A stretch of 61,310 bases of DNA, filler included, from Basidioascus undulatus (taxonomy: Eukaryota): NCBI GenBank assembly GCA_000826855.1. It is 5 parts of 5 records of this genome, joined end to end, with 100 filler letters (N's around TTAATTAATTAA, not from the genome) between each part and the next. Parts side by side here need not be neighbours in the genome. Positions count along the whole stretch, not along the records: positions 12,290 to 24,472 come from JTLS01000936.1; 4 more parts are not named here. One strand, 5' to 3'. Of this stretch, positions 12,290 through 24,572 are shown piece by piece (position 1 is the stretch's first letter; the number at the start of each line of letters is the position of its first letter). Below the pieces are notes generated by a model that searched no databases, was not told the origin of the DNA, and saw only the letters and a list, made by a program, of their open reading frames with translations. A program made the position numbers and the translations under genes.

Positions 12290-14479
12290 GACGAGGAGGA
12301 CGAGAACAGTGGCCCCCCGGACGTCCCCGCGAACCCTCCCGCCACGTCCGCGTCGACCTCCCAATCCCAAGAGCCCCTCCCCGACCTCCCCTCGACCCTC
12401 TCCGCCGAGGTGCAAACCTCCGCGCCCGCCAACTTTGCATTCGACGCGCTCGAGCTGTCCGAGCAGTCGCAGAAGGCGATCGCCGAGATGGGCTTCACGC
12501 GCATGACCGAGGTTCAGGCGCGCACGATCCCGCCGCTCCTCGCCGGGAGGGACGTGCTCGGTGCCGCGCGGACAGGAAGCGGCAAGACGCTCGCGTTCTT
12601 GATCCCTGCGGTTGAGATGCTAAGCCGGTTGAGGTTCAAGCCTCGGAATGGTGCGTCGTGATTTGGGGTCGGCGGGATAGACTTTGGGTGGGCTGATCAT
12701 GTTGCGGTTGGGCAGGCACCGGCGTGATCGTGATCTCGCCCACGCGCGAGCTCGCGCTCCAGATCTTCGGCGTCGCGAAGGAGCTGCTCAAGTACCACAA
12801 CCAGACGTTCGGGATCGTCATGGGCGGTGCGAACCGCAAGGCGGAGGCGGACAAGCTCCAGAAGGGCGTCAACCTCCTCATCGCCACGCCCGGTCGTCTG
12901 CTCGACCACCTCCAGGTGTGTGGCAACTATTTGCTGCGTTGGGTTGTGCGGCGGGGAAGCTGACAGAACGGATCTTGCATGGAACAGAACACCAAGGGCT
13001 TCGTCTTCTCCAACCTCAAGGCGCTCGTAATCGACGAGGCGGACCGTATCCTCGAGATCGGGTTCGAGGACGAGATGCGGCAGATCGTGAAGATCCTCCC
13101 GAACGGTGCGCTGCACTTACTCCGCTTCACTCTCCTGCGCCACCTTTGCTGACACACTCTCCCGCATTGGATTGCAGAGAACCGCCAGTCGATGCTCTTC
13201 TCCGCGACGCAGACGACCAAGGTCACGGACCTCGCGCGCGTCTCGCTGCGCCAGGGCCCGCTGTACATCAACGTCGACGAAGAGAAGACGGCGGCGACGA
13301 ACGACGCGCTCGAGCAGGGCTATGTCGTCTGCGAGTCCGACAGGCGCTTCCTCCTCCTCTTCACCTTCCTCAAGCGCAACTTGAAGAAGAAGGTGCGATA
13401 CTTCGTTCCCTTCCCCTCGCTCGCTGTGCCTGAAGGAAGCTGACAGCTGCATCGGTGTACGGGCAGGTCATCGTCTTCTTCTCGAGCTGCAACTCCGTCA
13501 AGTATCACGCCGAGCTCCTGAACTACATCGACATCCCCGTGCTCGATCTGCACGTGCGTCGTGCCCCTTTCTCCCTCTCACTCCCCCACCCTCTCCCGCC
13601 CTACTCACACCTCCCTATCTCGTTTCACACAGGGCAAGCAAAAGCAGCAAAAGCGCACCAACACGTTTTTCGAGTTCTGCAACGCGCCGACGGGGATCCT
13701 GCTCTGCACGGACGTCGCCGCGCGCGGGCTCGACATCCCCAAGGTAGACTGGATCATCCAGTTCGACCCGCCCGACGACCCGCGCGACTACATCCACCGT
13801 GTCGGCCGGACCGCGCGCGCCGGCAAGGCGGGCAAGAGCCTCCTCTTCCTCTTGCCGTCCGAGCTCGGCTTCCTGCGCTTCCTCAAGGTCGCAAAGGTCC
13901 CCCTGAACGAGTACTCGTTCCCGAAGGACAAGATCGCGAATGTGCAGACGCAGGTGCGTTGGCCACGTTTCCGTCTCCTCATGGCAACCCCCTCATGCTA
14001 ACCTCGGACCGTTGTCGCCTCCCTAGCTCGAGAAGCTCATCAGCAAGAACTACTACCTGCACCAGTCCGCGCGGGACGGGTACCGCTCGTACCTGCAAGC
14101 GTACGCGTCCTACTCGCTCAAGAAGATCTTCGACGTGAACGCTCTGGACCTGGCGAAGGTCGGGAAAGCCTTCGGCTTCTCGGTCCCGCCGAAGGTGAAC
14201 ATCTCCGTGGGATCGGGGCTGAAGGCGCCGAAAAAGGACAAGCGCCGGCCCGGCGACGGGATGGACGAGGTGCGCGGGGACGAGGGCGGGGCGAGCGACG
14301 AGGAGGAGGCTGGCGGAGAGGAGGATGAGGAGCGGGAGGGCAAGAGGGTCAGGGTCGAGGCGCGCCGTGGGGGCGGGGCGGGCAGGAGCAGGAAGGTTAA
14401 TGCGAAGGGCGTGGATAAGGCGCTGTATCGCCGCCAGTCGGGCGGGAGGGGCCAGGGTGGCAAGCAGTGGAGTTGCTGA
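12290..14479 (+). CDS. HAS1: DEAD-box RNA helicase Has1/DDX18, 5'-partial
   Basis: [107 protein letters not shown] introns. Confidence 0.95.
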
Positions 14480-14897
14480 GGGTGGTGGCGCGTACTTTCT
14501 CGGTCTTCCTCTTTGGGCGCTCAACTGCATCGACATTCGATCTTGCATCATACCTGGGCTCGGTGGCTTGTGCGCTTGCGTTGGCCCTTTCGGAACGGAA
14601 GACGGTTGCGTCCAGCTGTTGTCGTGTCTTCAGCTGCGGGCCGCCCAGGTGCAAGCAGATTGACGAATTTTCCGAAAGCCGGCCATCTTGTAGCTTATTG
14701 TAGTCATTTTGACTCCGTTCGAGGTGCAGGAAAAAAATACAGCCATCATGCCACGAAGGTGTTAGGTCCACTGAAAGTGAGGGCAGTTGTGTGGCGTTGC
14801 AGACGTCCTCCAGGTGCGTCAGGCTGTGACTGAACCGAACGCAGTCCATTTGCAAAGTCACGTATTCTCTCCCATGCATCCAGCAGAAAAGAGTGCT

Positions 14898-15451
14898 TCA
14901 GATATCTTCAGCGTCATCCTCGGCGCCCCAGTCCTCCTCAACACTCCAGCTCGCCACGAACTCATGGCCCTCCTCGGACCAGAACTGCACCTCGTCTTCC
15001 GCCACGCGCTCCCACTTGAGTCCGATATCTGTTGCACAGCGAACGTCGATTGTAAAGTCTGGGTCGGCGATGAGGGGCCCGGGGGGAGGTCAAGGAAGGA
15101 TGCGAGGACGGCGCGGATGTCCTCCTGGGACGGCGGGAGAAGAGCGCGTGGGAGAGCTTCGGTGCGGTGTAGGTATGAGATGGCAAGAAAAGCGTGAGGG
15201 TTGGGGGTCCGCGCGCGCTTCATGGACGGCGAGGGATCAGAAGAGCGGAGGGAGAGCGCGAGCGTTTTGAAAGGCGAGAAGGGAGGCCGGGCGGGAGATG
15301 ATCCGGAGTAGATTGTACGAGGAAATCCGGGGCGAGTTTTCGGGTACGCGGAAGATGTCGATGCGTCAGACGAAGAAGTTGATGTGCCGAGCAGCTCTGT
15401 TCTTCCTCTGCGTGGGAACTTGTCAGTTAATGCACCCCTCCTCCTGCCCAA
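14898..15451 (-). pseudogene. Hypothetical gene 3' part with apparent 1-nt frameshift in a G/C run
   Basis: ...EDIRAVLASFLDLPPG continues in another frame as PLIADPDFTIDVRCATDIGLKWERVAEDEVQFWSEEGHEFVASW...DI*. The shift is at 15074-15086. No family recognised. Confidence 0.35.
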
Positions 15452-16679
15452 AGCGACCTGTCGGAACGGAGAACACCAAGTAGGGAAGGTCCAAACTCAC
15501 CGGCTTCAGTTTTCCTCCTCAATCCCCTCACGATATACCTGCCATCGCGCTCCTCCGTTATCGCACCATCGATTGCCTTCCCAACGCTCCCAATAAACGT
15601 TCCTGCCGAGCGCAAGGGCGAACGTCTTGGAAGGAGGTGAAAGCATCCCGGTAGCAGGTCCAGAGGTCTGTCTGCTGGATCTCGGCTGTCGGGCAGGGAC
15701 AGTATAGCAAGCGAAGCTTAGGGAGGGCGAGGTCAGTTTGAGACGGAAGAGGTCTTGCGCAAGGCGGACTTTACCAGAAAAAAAGGTTACGGGGAGTCCA
15801 AGAAAATCCTTTCAGCTCTTTGGAATTTCTGCTAGTGCATGTTATTCTCGGCGCAGCGGGTGAAAACCATCGGTGTGCAGGTACAGTTCGAGCCTGCGGT
15901 GAGGTGCGTCTGAACGGACTGCGCTCATATGAGGTGCTGAGAATTGCTGAACATGGCATTCGAGGAAATGAAATGGGAAAGAAGCCGAAAAACCAGCCTT
16001 TCAATCGCAGTGCTGTCCCGATGATAGGCGTTCGGAAGGGCGACGGTAACCACTCCTTGAGTGGAACTGCACCCGATCCTCTCCCAGCTCTCCCAAGAAA
16101 TCTCAGGCTCCCTCTAATTAAAACTCATTGTGAGATTCCGCGCAGCATCGATCACACTCAGGCAGGTTGCCAACATGTCAAGCCCGCAGTAGAGTGCACT
16201 CACATCGTGGGGCCGCTTGCCATCAAGTTCAGTTGGCCCATTGGCTCTATTCTTCGGCCATATTCAACCAATGATCACGGCCAAGCAAAATGTTGTCAGT
16301 GCGCTTCGCATTCGGTTATGCAAACAGACGCTGGAAATACATCCTCCTATATTGACTCCTCTCCAGCTCATTATTCGTGGTACCTGAAGAATAGGTCCAC
16401 CGGAATTCCCACCGGCAGCCTGCTTGAACACCTCGCTACCTCCTTTCTACATGGATCGTTGCGCAGACAACCTCCACAGCATTTTGTTGTAAGAATCTTT
16501 TGAGGGGAGTTTCAGAAAGCGGAAATCCCGGTCAGGCCGTTGGGATGCTGTCTTTAAAAGCGTTGCTTAAAAACGTTGCTTCCTCACTTGGTCGCTCCTC
16601 ATCATCTGTGCTTCGCAACCTCTACTTCGCACCTCTCTCTCCACCTCTAATCCACCCATCAAACCCAAACCGATCAATA

Positions 16680-17422
16680 ATGTCTTTCACTCGCTCCGCC
16701 GCCCGCGCTCTCCCCCGCCTCGCCGTCCCCAGCGACGCTGCGCCTTCGCTCAAGCGAACGCTCCTGACTCTGCAGAAGCCGATGTGTGAGCACTACACCA
16801 AGATCATGTCAGTGAAAAGCTGAGAATTAATGTATGGGATCAGACACCGCTCGTGCCGGTGTTGTTGGCGGGGCGCGACGGCAAGGGAAGCACCGACGAC
16901 GGGGTACTGTCCGTGACGCTGGCGATGACGAAGGAGTTGGGCGGGTCAGGCATGGGTATCAATCCCGAGCAGGTCTTAGGTGCGTTATAATCCTTTTGTC
17001 CTGTTCTTTTCCTTTAACCCGTCCCTGCTGACCACCCCTTGCCCCGACAGCCGCAGCCTGTTTCCGCAGTGCGATGGGCTTCGTGCAGGCCAAGCTCAAG
17101 GCGCCAGCGTTTCCGAAAAGCCTACTGACCGTCGACGCTGCGGTCTCGCTTGGGAAGTCCACCGATGACAAGCACCCGTTCGCGCTCGGCCCCGAAGTCT
17201 CAATCCGCGATTCCGAGGGTGGGTACAGGGCGGAGAAGCTGGTGGAGATCTTGAAGATCACGCATGATGTGCGTGCCCATTCTTTCGAACATGAGAGTGT
17301 CGATGAAAGAACTGATTTGTTTGGATTTGATGGAATAAGCCTATCCGTACTCCCTCGCGATCAAGGGGAACTTCGAGATCAAGACCAAGGTCGAGAGCGG
17401 GAACGAGATCGTCGACGTCTGA
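16680..17422 (+). pseudogene. ohr: Organic hydroperoxide resistance (Ohr/OsmC family) peroxidase with presequence, disrupted
   Basis: YTARAGVVGG(+1 G)RDGKGSTDDGVLSVTLAMTKELGGSGMGINPEQ | AAACFRSAM | AYPYSLAIKGN. Frameshift at 16870-16873. Last acceptor is TAA (17336-17338). CPYS motif reads YPYS. Confidence 0.85.
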
Positions 17423-18427
17423 GTGTACTTGCTAACTCTTGCCTGTGAGCCATGAGCTGGTTTCAAAGGATGAAAATGAGATGGAGAAGTGCTTAGACGT
17501 GCGTAGTTTGCAAACTCCGAGTGGATGCGCGACGAACTCCGGCTGGTTTCTGGTACTTCGCATCGATGCGCCAGGATTTCCCCTTGGGAGAGAGGCGCTT
17601 ACATTCCTGTTCAGCGATAGTTTCTGAGTCCATAAATTGACCCTTCTCTAATAGCAAGTTTTCACGTTACCACCAGCCCGACGACCCGCATGCCCTGCAG
17701 AAACGAGAAGTCCTGCTTCGGAACGGCAAATCGCTTGAGGAGCCAACGAAACAAATACTGAGGCAATACGGTGTTTCTTTGGATCCCAATACCGTTATGT
17801 ATGCCTTTACTATTTTAAAAACTCTAACTGTTACTCTGTCCCTGTGGCAATTCACCGCCACTTGACAAGACAAGAGCCCTGAGGGTGGCGACAGCCAGTC
17901 TGCAAATGGCACTGTCTGATTTTAACTATCCTCAGTTTTCGCCCCGAAGGAGAGATAGACTTTACATGATACTGTTCACTGTTCAAAATAAACTCCAGAA
18001 AGACCTGGGCTGACCTGGGCAGAAATTTTAAGTGCTGCGGCAAGTTCAGCTGCGAGTTGGTGGCAACGGGAAAGGGGAAGGGGAACACTGCAGCAGTCCT
18101 TGCTCGCTTCCGCTGACTCCTGGCGGGCCCTTCTGACTCGTTCGGGCCCGTCAATTCTGCGGTCCCGAAAATCCGATACAGTTCTATTTCCCCTTAATGG
18201 AAAGTGCGCAAGTGTTCGAGGACAAGCTCGCAGAGAGCGAGGCGAGTCGACTGACTGGGCCGGCAGCTGAGACGCGCGCTCCATTTTTTGTCTGAGAAAG
18301 GCGCTCACTTTTCCCTCTCCCTTCCTCCTTGCCGGACACCTCGAGCGTTACTCCAAATTCTCGCCGCCCGCCCTCGCAGCACCGAGTACACGCCTCCCGA
18401 CCAGCAAAGTCACCGAACCAGCACATC

Positions 18428-19414
18428 ATGGCGAGTCTACACGTCTTTGAGCGGGCGAAATCGGCAAAGGACGGCGCTGGATCGACTTTGCGCCGTCGAG
18501 ATGCAGCGCAAGCCGAGAGGGTGGTGGCGGCGGGACGCTTTCCTCGCAGGCCCGCGCCGCCCCTCGAGCGCGCTCTGACGGGCAGGTGGACCTCTGGGAT
18601 GGGGAGGAGAATATTTGGAATGGGCAGGATCGGCTTGGCGGTGGCTTTGGATGAGCGGGACAGTCAGGGCGTGGGATGGGCTGGACGGGCTGGAGGGCAC
18701 ACGACATGCCACGCCGCCACACTCCCCCCCTTCTGTACGTCGAGCAGGAACGGGCATGCTGACGGTGGCAACGGGATCCCCTTTCCACGCATCCTGTAGA
18801 CTCTCGCCGTCGACCTCCTCAACCCCTCGCCCGCCCACGAGGCGTCCATGCACAAGCTCAAGCGCCTTGTGCAGTCGCCCAACAGCTTCTTCATGGACGT
18901 CAAGTGCCCTGGTGTGTCTTCTCGGAACTATGTGCGGCGATTTAGGTGGTGGCTGACGGGTTGGGTAATTTCTGCGCGTACCACAGGCTGCTTCGCGATC
19001 ACGACCGTCTTCTCGCACGCGCAGACCGTCGTCCTCTGCGGCTCCTGCTCCACCGTCCTCTCCCAGCCGACTGGTGGCAAGGCTCGTCTGACTGAGGGTG
19101 AGTTTGGGTTCTGGTGCTGCTCTGGAGGGCATTTGCGCAGGGGCGGTGGCGGAATGGTCAACGGTGGCTGCACAGTTGGCTGGCGCGGAGTGCGCACGCT
19201 GGATATGGGGTATTCCAAAGGTCGCAGAGGGTCGGGGTACGGCATCTGGGGAGGCATTCGTGCATCTCTATGCCGTTGGGCTGTGGCACCGCATTCCATC
19301 CTCGCCCTCGCACCACCGCCCACCGCCCCGAACCACAGTCCGCCCTCAAACTCGTACTGACACAACTTCCCCTCCCTCGCTCCGCCAGGCTGCTCCTTCC
19401 GCCGGAAGAACTGA
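18428..19414 (+). CDS. RPS27: 40S ribosomal protein S27 (eS27)
   Basis: [83 protein letters not shown]. The first intron (18431-18799) has a GC donor. Confidence 0.95.
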
Positions 19415-20279
19415 ACGGTCCCCGGGGGTGTCTAGTTCGGTCTCTGGCTGGTCGTCCATTGCATGTCTTCCTCTTTCAGCAAACCTTCTTTGTTTTCGTG
19501 TGTGTCTTGTACGAGTCCCCATGTGTCGGTTCACAGCAACGCGTACACCCATGTTTTGTGACGCACGCTCGTTCAACCCACACCTCTCCGTCCCGCGCGC
19601 CGTAGCTGGGTGACCGTGTTTGGCTGTTGGGCAGCGAAGGCTTCGGGGCTCGTACTAACCCTCCAGCTCTCGGCCGTCAGTCCAGCACGCTTAGGAAGCT
19701 GAGTGATCAGCCCCCGCCCGTCCCATGTTCGATCCGCCTCAGCAACCACATTCTCGGTCACTGCAAGCCGGGCCAGCATCACATTCGCAACTTGTCCGCT
19801 GTATCGAACAACTTGTAGAGTTGCTTTCGTTGCTGGCGCAGTCCGAAAAGCAGCAGAAGTCCTGACATCTGCAGCCGGCCTAAGGGCATCACATCGCGTT
19901 TGTACCTCGTCAGCGGGCTTCGTTTCGGCTCGCTTTTCAACAGGTATGGATTTAATACTCGCGCAGTCCCGCAGGCAAGCGAAAATGAAAAGCTGGGTAA
20001 TAACACATGCGCAAGGCGACGACAAAACCAACGACAGGGATGACACAATAGAGGTGGGGGAGGCGGAGAAAATAGCGGGTGGGTAAGACGCAGAGCAGGG
20101 ATCGGAAAGAGACGGGTAAGTGAAGGCGATGGGCGGAAGGAGAAGAGGGCGGGGGGCGGGGCGGAGAAGAGGGAAGCGTTCCGGGTCACGCGGTTACTGT
20201 GGCGGACATGCATGAAGTGAGGCGGGACGGACATGGAACGGAGAGGGGGGGATGAAGAGGCAGGGAGGTCGGGGCGCGC

Positions 20280-22013
20280 TCAGTACTCGTGCTGCTGCGC
20301 GTACTGCTGCTGCTGCTGCTGCTGGGCTTGTTGTGCGTGCGCCTGGGCCTGAGACTGTGCTTGCGCCTGTTGCTGCTGGTACTGCTGCGGGACGGGAGGG
20401 TGCGGCTGCTGGGGAAGTGAGTTGGTGAACCTGTCCGATGCAGAGGGGTCAGTATGGTCCATCCGCGGAGGCTTGTCGAAATGCAGTTGAGAGAAAGGAA
20501 AGGAAGGAGAGAAAAAGAGGAAGCGGAAGGGACAGGGGCAAGGGGAAAGGGAGAGGGCGGAAGCGAGGAAGGAGGTAGGGGAAAGGAGAGGTAGAGAGGG
20601 GACGGAGACGCACTGCGAGCTGAAGTACGGATGCCTCAGCGCGTCCTCGGCCGAGATGCGCCGGATGGGGTCGAACTGGAGGAGCTTGTCGAGGAGGTCG
20701 AGGGCTGAGAGGGCGAGGGTGAGTTGCCCGTCCATGCGCGGAGGAGAAGGGACAAAGAGGAAAGAAGGGGCAGGTGACCGACCGAGAGGGTGCGCTTTCG
20801 GGTAGAGCTGCTGCCATGGGACGCGCGGGTGGCGGGGGAACGGGCGGAGTTGGATCTCAGGCTGTCGTTTCGTTCCACAAATCAGTCAGTCAGCCAGTCG
20901 AATACGGTTCGACTTCGACAAGGAGGAGTGTGCGCGTGGGCGTGGACGTGGACGCACCGACTCGGCCGCGATGCGCCTCAGCACGTCGTCGGACGGCGTG
21001 CCGACGACCTTCATGATGACGTTGAGCTGGTCGTTGTTGTCCCGGCCGCGGAAGAGGGGAACGCCCGACAGCATCTCGGCGAGGATGCACCCGGCCGACC
21101 AGATGTCGATGGAGGTACTGTACGTGCGCGAGCCGAGGAGAACGTCCGGCGCGCGGTACCAGAGGGTAACGACCTGAAAGGGGGCGGGGGGTCAGGTGGC
21201 TCGTACTTTGTGATATGGCGGAAAGCAAAGAAAAAAGAAGGGGGGCAGCGAGGGCGAGAAAGAGGCAGCGAGAAAAGAAAAAGAAAACGAGGCAACCGCT
21301 CACCTCGTTCGAGAACGTGTTGACCGGAATGCCGAATGCGCGGGCGAGGCCAAAGTCAGCGAGCTTGAGCTCGCCGCGCTTGTTGATGAGGAGGTTCTGG
21401 GGCTTGAGGTCGCGGTGGAGGACGCGGTTCTCGTGGCAGAAGGCGGTGCCCTTGAGGAGCTGGTACATAAACGAGCGGCACGTCATCGCCTCGAGCGCGC
21501 CCCGGTCGCCGTGCGTGTCCATGTACTGCACGGCGGCGAGTTGGGTGTCAGTTCTGAAGGGGAAGGGAGGCAGGGTGGGAGAGCGGCACCTTCTTCAAGT
21601 CCTGGTCCATGTGCTCGAACACGAGCATCAACTTCGTCTCGGTGTGGATGACGTCGTGCAGCCGGACGATGTTGGGGTGCTTGAGCTCCTTCATGAGGCT
21701 GATCTCGCGGATCGCGGTCGAGGGGGTGCCCTCCTCCGCGTCGAGGTGGATCTCCTTCAAGGCGACAATCTCGTTCGTCAGGCGGGAGCGGCCTTTGTGG
21801 ACAGAGGCATACTGCGGGGGGGATGCGGGGTAGTAGAGGGAAGGGGGAGGTTGGTTAGGGGGGAGAGAAGGGGAGGAAGGGAGGGAAGCGGAAGGAGAGG
21901 TCGCACAGTGCCCTCGCCGAGTTTCTCGAGCCTGCGGGGTGGGGAGTGGGCGTGTAAGGGAGAACGGTGAAACAGGGAGGTGGACTAGGGAACACGCACT
22001 GCACGTAGTTCAT
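20280..22013 (-). CDS. PHO85: Cyclin-dependent kinase Pho85 (CDK5-like) with Gln-rich tail
   Basis: [97 protein letters not shown]. Confidence 0.93.
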
Positions 22014-22583
22014 GGCTGTTCGTTACGGGCGTGGGAGAGGCGGGGAGGAAGGGAGAGGAGGGAGAGGGCGGTGCGGTGCGGGGTGCGGGGGTGTGCTGCA
22101 GGCGGTCCAAAGAATTGTCAGAGCTCTGTTCAGGTACTTTGTGGCTCACTAGATTGCATGTCCTCCCCTGCACCCCTCTCGGAATGTAGCGCTCCCTCGC
22201 GATTTCGAGGACAGCCGAGCGCGTTGGAGTCACTGCTGCACGCGTTCCTGATCTCCTAGGTGTCGAGGTTGGCGCCCTCGCTCACCTTTCAAGAGAGCGC
22301 GGTGTGCACGCCGCGTGTGCGCTCGTGAATGCAAGAAGGATTGTAAGGGAAAGGGAAAGGAGTGCGGTGCGAGGGTAAGATGGGAGGACAGTGTTGGTCC
22401 GGGCAGGCACGCGGCCGGCGCGCGTTCTCAGGCGCGCCAGAACGCCTCATAGCCCTTGGCATGAATTCACCCGGCCGAAATGGAATAATTTCTGGGCGGC
22501 GGGTGCGTCTTCTCGCTCCAACCCTCCTCCTCACCATCCACCCAATTCCCTTTGCACCCCCTCTCTCCCCCCACCCGACCGCC

Positions 22584-24472
22584 ATGCCGCCATCCGCGAA
22601 AAAGGCCAAGCGGTCCTCGACGTCGCTCTCGGCGCCAACGACAGTCGCGACGCCGACTTCCCCGACATACAGCGTCTTCTCTCCGAGCGCAACGCTGCTC
22701 GCGCTGCTCTCGCCGATCTCGAACCGGCACCGTCTGCGCGTGTACAACGTAGCCTCGGGCGCGTCCCTCGCAGAGCACGTTCTCGACGCCGCCAACCTGG
22801 GCCACGTCTCCTGCGCGCCCGCTTTCGCTGCGCGCCCGCCGCCGTCCGACCAGGACAACGGCAGCGACGCCCTCCCCGCCCGCACCCTCTCCGAGCACTT
22901 CAAGCAGCTCAACAACCTCGCCCGCGATGCAGACGCGGTTGCGACTAAGGCCGCGTACGGCGTGACGTCTGGAGGCGCGTACGCAGACGTCCTCGTCCTC
23001 GTCGGCACCTCCTCCGGCCAGCTCCTCGTCTTCAGCCCCGCCCTCGGCCAGCCGTCCCGCATCGTCCCTGCCCCCGCCAAGGACGCCAGCGCCATCACGG
23101 GCGTCGTCTCCGGCCGCCCTGGGCAGGCGTACGTCCTCCATGCGTCGGGCCGCATCGTCCTCCTCGACCTCGACTCGGGCGAGCAAGTCCTCGACCTCGC
23201 CGGCGGGGTCGACAAGCACGCCGCTGGGGCCGAGTCCAAGCTCGCCTGGGAGCCTTCTGCTGAGGAAGGCGAGGCAGAGCGCCTCGCCGTCTCCGTGGGC
23301 ACCAAGGCCGTCCTCTTCTCCCGCTCGTCCTCCTCGACGGCACTCCAAAAAGCAGGCGACATCCCCGGGCACGCCTCCTCGCTGATCGCGCTCTCGCTCT
23401 CCCCGCTCGCGACCGCCGCGTCCGAAGACCGCATCGCGAACGTCTGGTCCCTCCCCTCCCCCACCTCCTGCTCGGCCATCACGCACTCCCTCCCGCTCTC
23501 CGGCCCCGCACGCGCGCTCTTCGCGTCCACGGACGGCGCCCTCCTCGGCGGCGTCACCGCCGCGGGCGATGTCGAGATCTTTGACCTGAAGGCCGCGAAG
23601 GCCGGCACACACGCGAAGGGCGGGAAGGTCCGCACGCTCAAGCCCGCGGCGAGCATGGAGGTCGCAAGCGAGAAGGACAAGGACCGGGTGGTCGAGGCGG
23701 CGTTCGTTCGGGGCGGAGAGGCCGTCGTTGTTGTACGGCTGGAGGGCGGCGTCAAGCCCGTGTTTGACTCGATCGTGCGTCTTCCTTTTCTCCCTCCTCC
23801 CGTCCTTCCCTTGCAATCCTCACTCACCCGCCCTCCCATCCTCTTCAGACCATCCGCGACCCCTCCACCCAATCGCTCATCCTTACCCTCTCCCTCCCCA
23901 CCGCCTCAACCATCACCACCACCACCACCAGCCCCTCCTCCCTGCCCACGTCGCGCGCGCTGCCCGCGCAAACGCACGCCTCGTCCCTGCCCACCTCGCT
24001 CCCGCAGTCCGCCGCACCCGCGCAAGAGTCCGGGGACCTCGAGCCCTCGCTCGCGGAGCTCTCGCTAAACCAGCGCCTCAAAGCCTCAGCCTCCTCCAAC
24101 ATCTTCGACCTCCTCACCACATCCACCTCCACCTCCGCCCCCGCCTCCTCCGCCGACCCCACCACCTCCCAAGCGCAACCGACGCCGACGATCCCCGCCA
24201 CCTCGCTCGCGACGCTCCTGACGCAGGCGCTGCACTCCGCAGACGCGACGCTGCTCGAGACGTGCCTGTCGCACACCGACCCGGCCCTCATCCGCAACAC
24301 CATCGCGCGCCTGCCGAGTCAGCTTGCGGTGCCGCTCCTCCTCGCGTGCGTCGAGAGGCTTAGCAAGCCGGGCAAGGCTGGCGCGGGGCGCGCGAGGGGG
24401 TTGGTCGAGTGGGTGCGGGGCACGCTTGGGTGCCATACAGCGCACTTGCTCTCGGTGCGTCTTCCTTCTGCC
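22584..24472 (+). CDS. UTP5: SSU processome component Utp5/WDR43-like, 3'-partial
   Basis: Beta-propeller-like N-terminus, then Utp12/Dip2-type domain SLATLLTQALHSADATLLETCLSHTDPALIRNTIARLP...LVEWVRGTLGCHTAHLLS. Divergent from PHO85. Confidence 0.75.
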
Positions 24473-24572
24473 NNNNNNNNNNNNNNNNNNNNNNNNNNNN
24501 NNNNNNNNNNNNNNNNTTAATTAATTAANNNNNNNNNNNNNNNNNNNNNNNNNNNNNNNNNNNNNNNNNNNN
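24473..24572. other. Artificial contig linker
   Basis: 44 N + TTAATTAATTAA + 44 N. Confidence 0.98.

Noticed and set aside
15820..16503. 227-aa ORF, plus similar intergenic ORFs at 2806-3315 and 29167-29394
   Set aside because: No recognisable motifs, no GC3 bias and no convincing exon structure. They may be older relics but cannot be supported.
22289..23872. Long antisense ORFs (527 and 449 aa) over UTP5, and similar shadow ORFs elsewhere
   Set aside because: Expected from GC-rich codon usage; no independent motifs.
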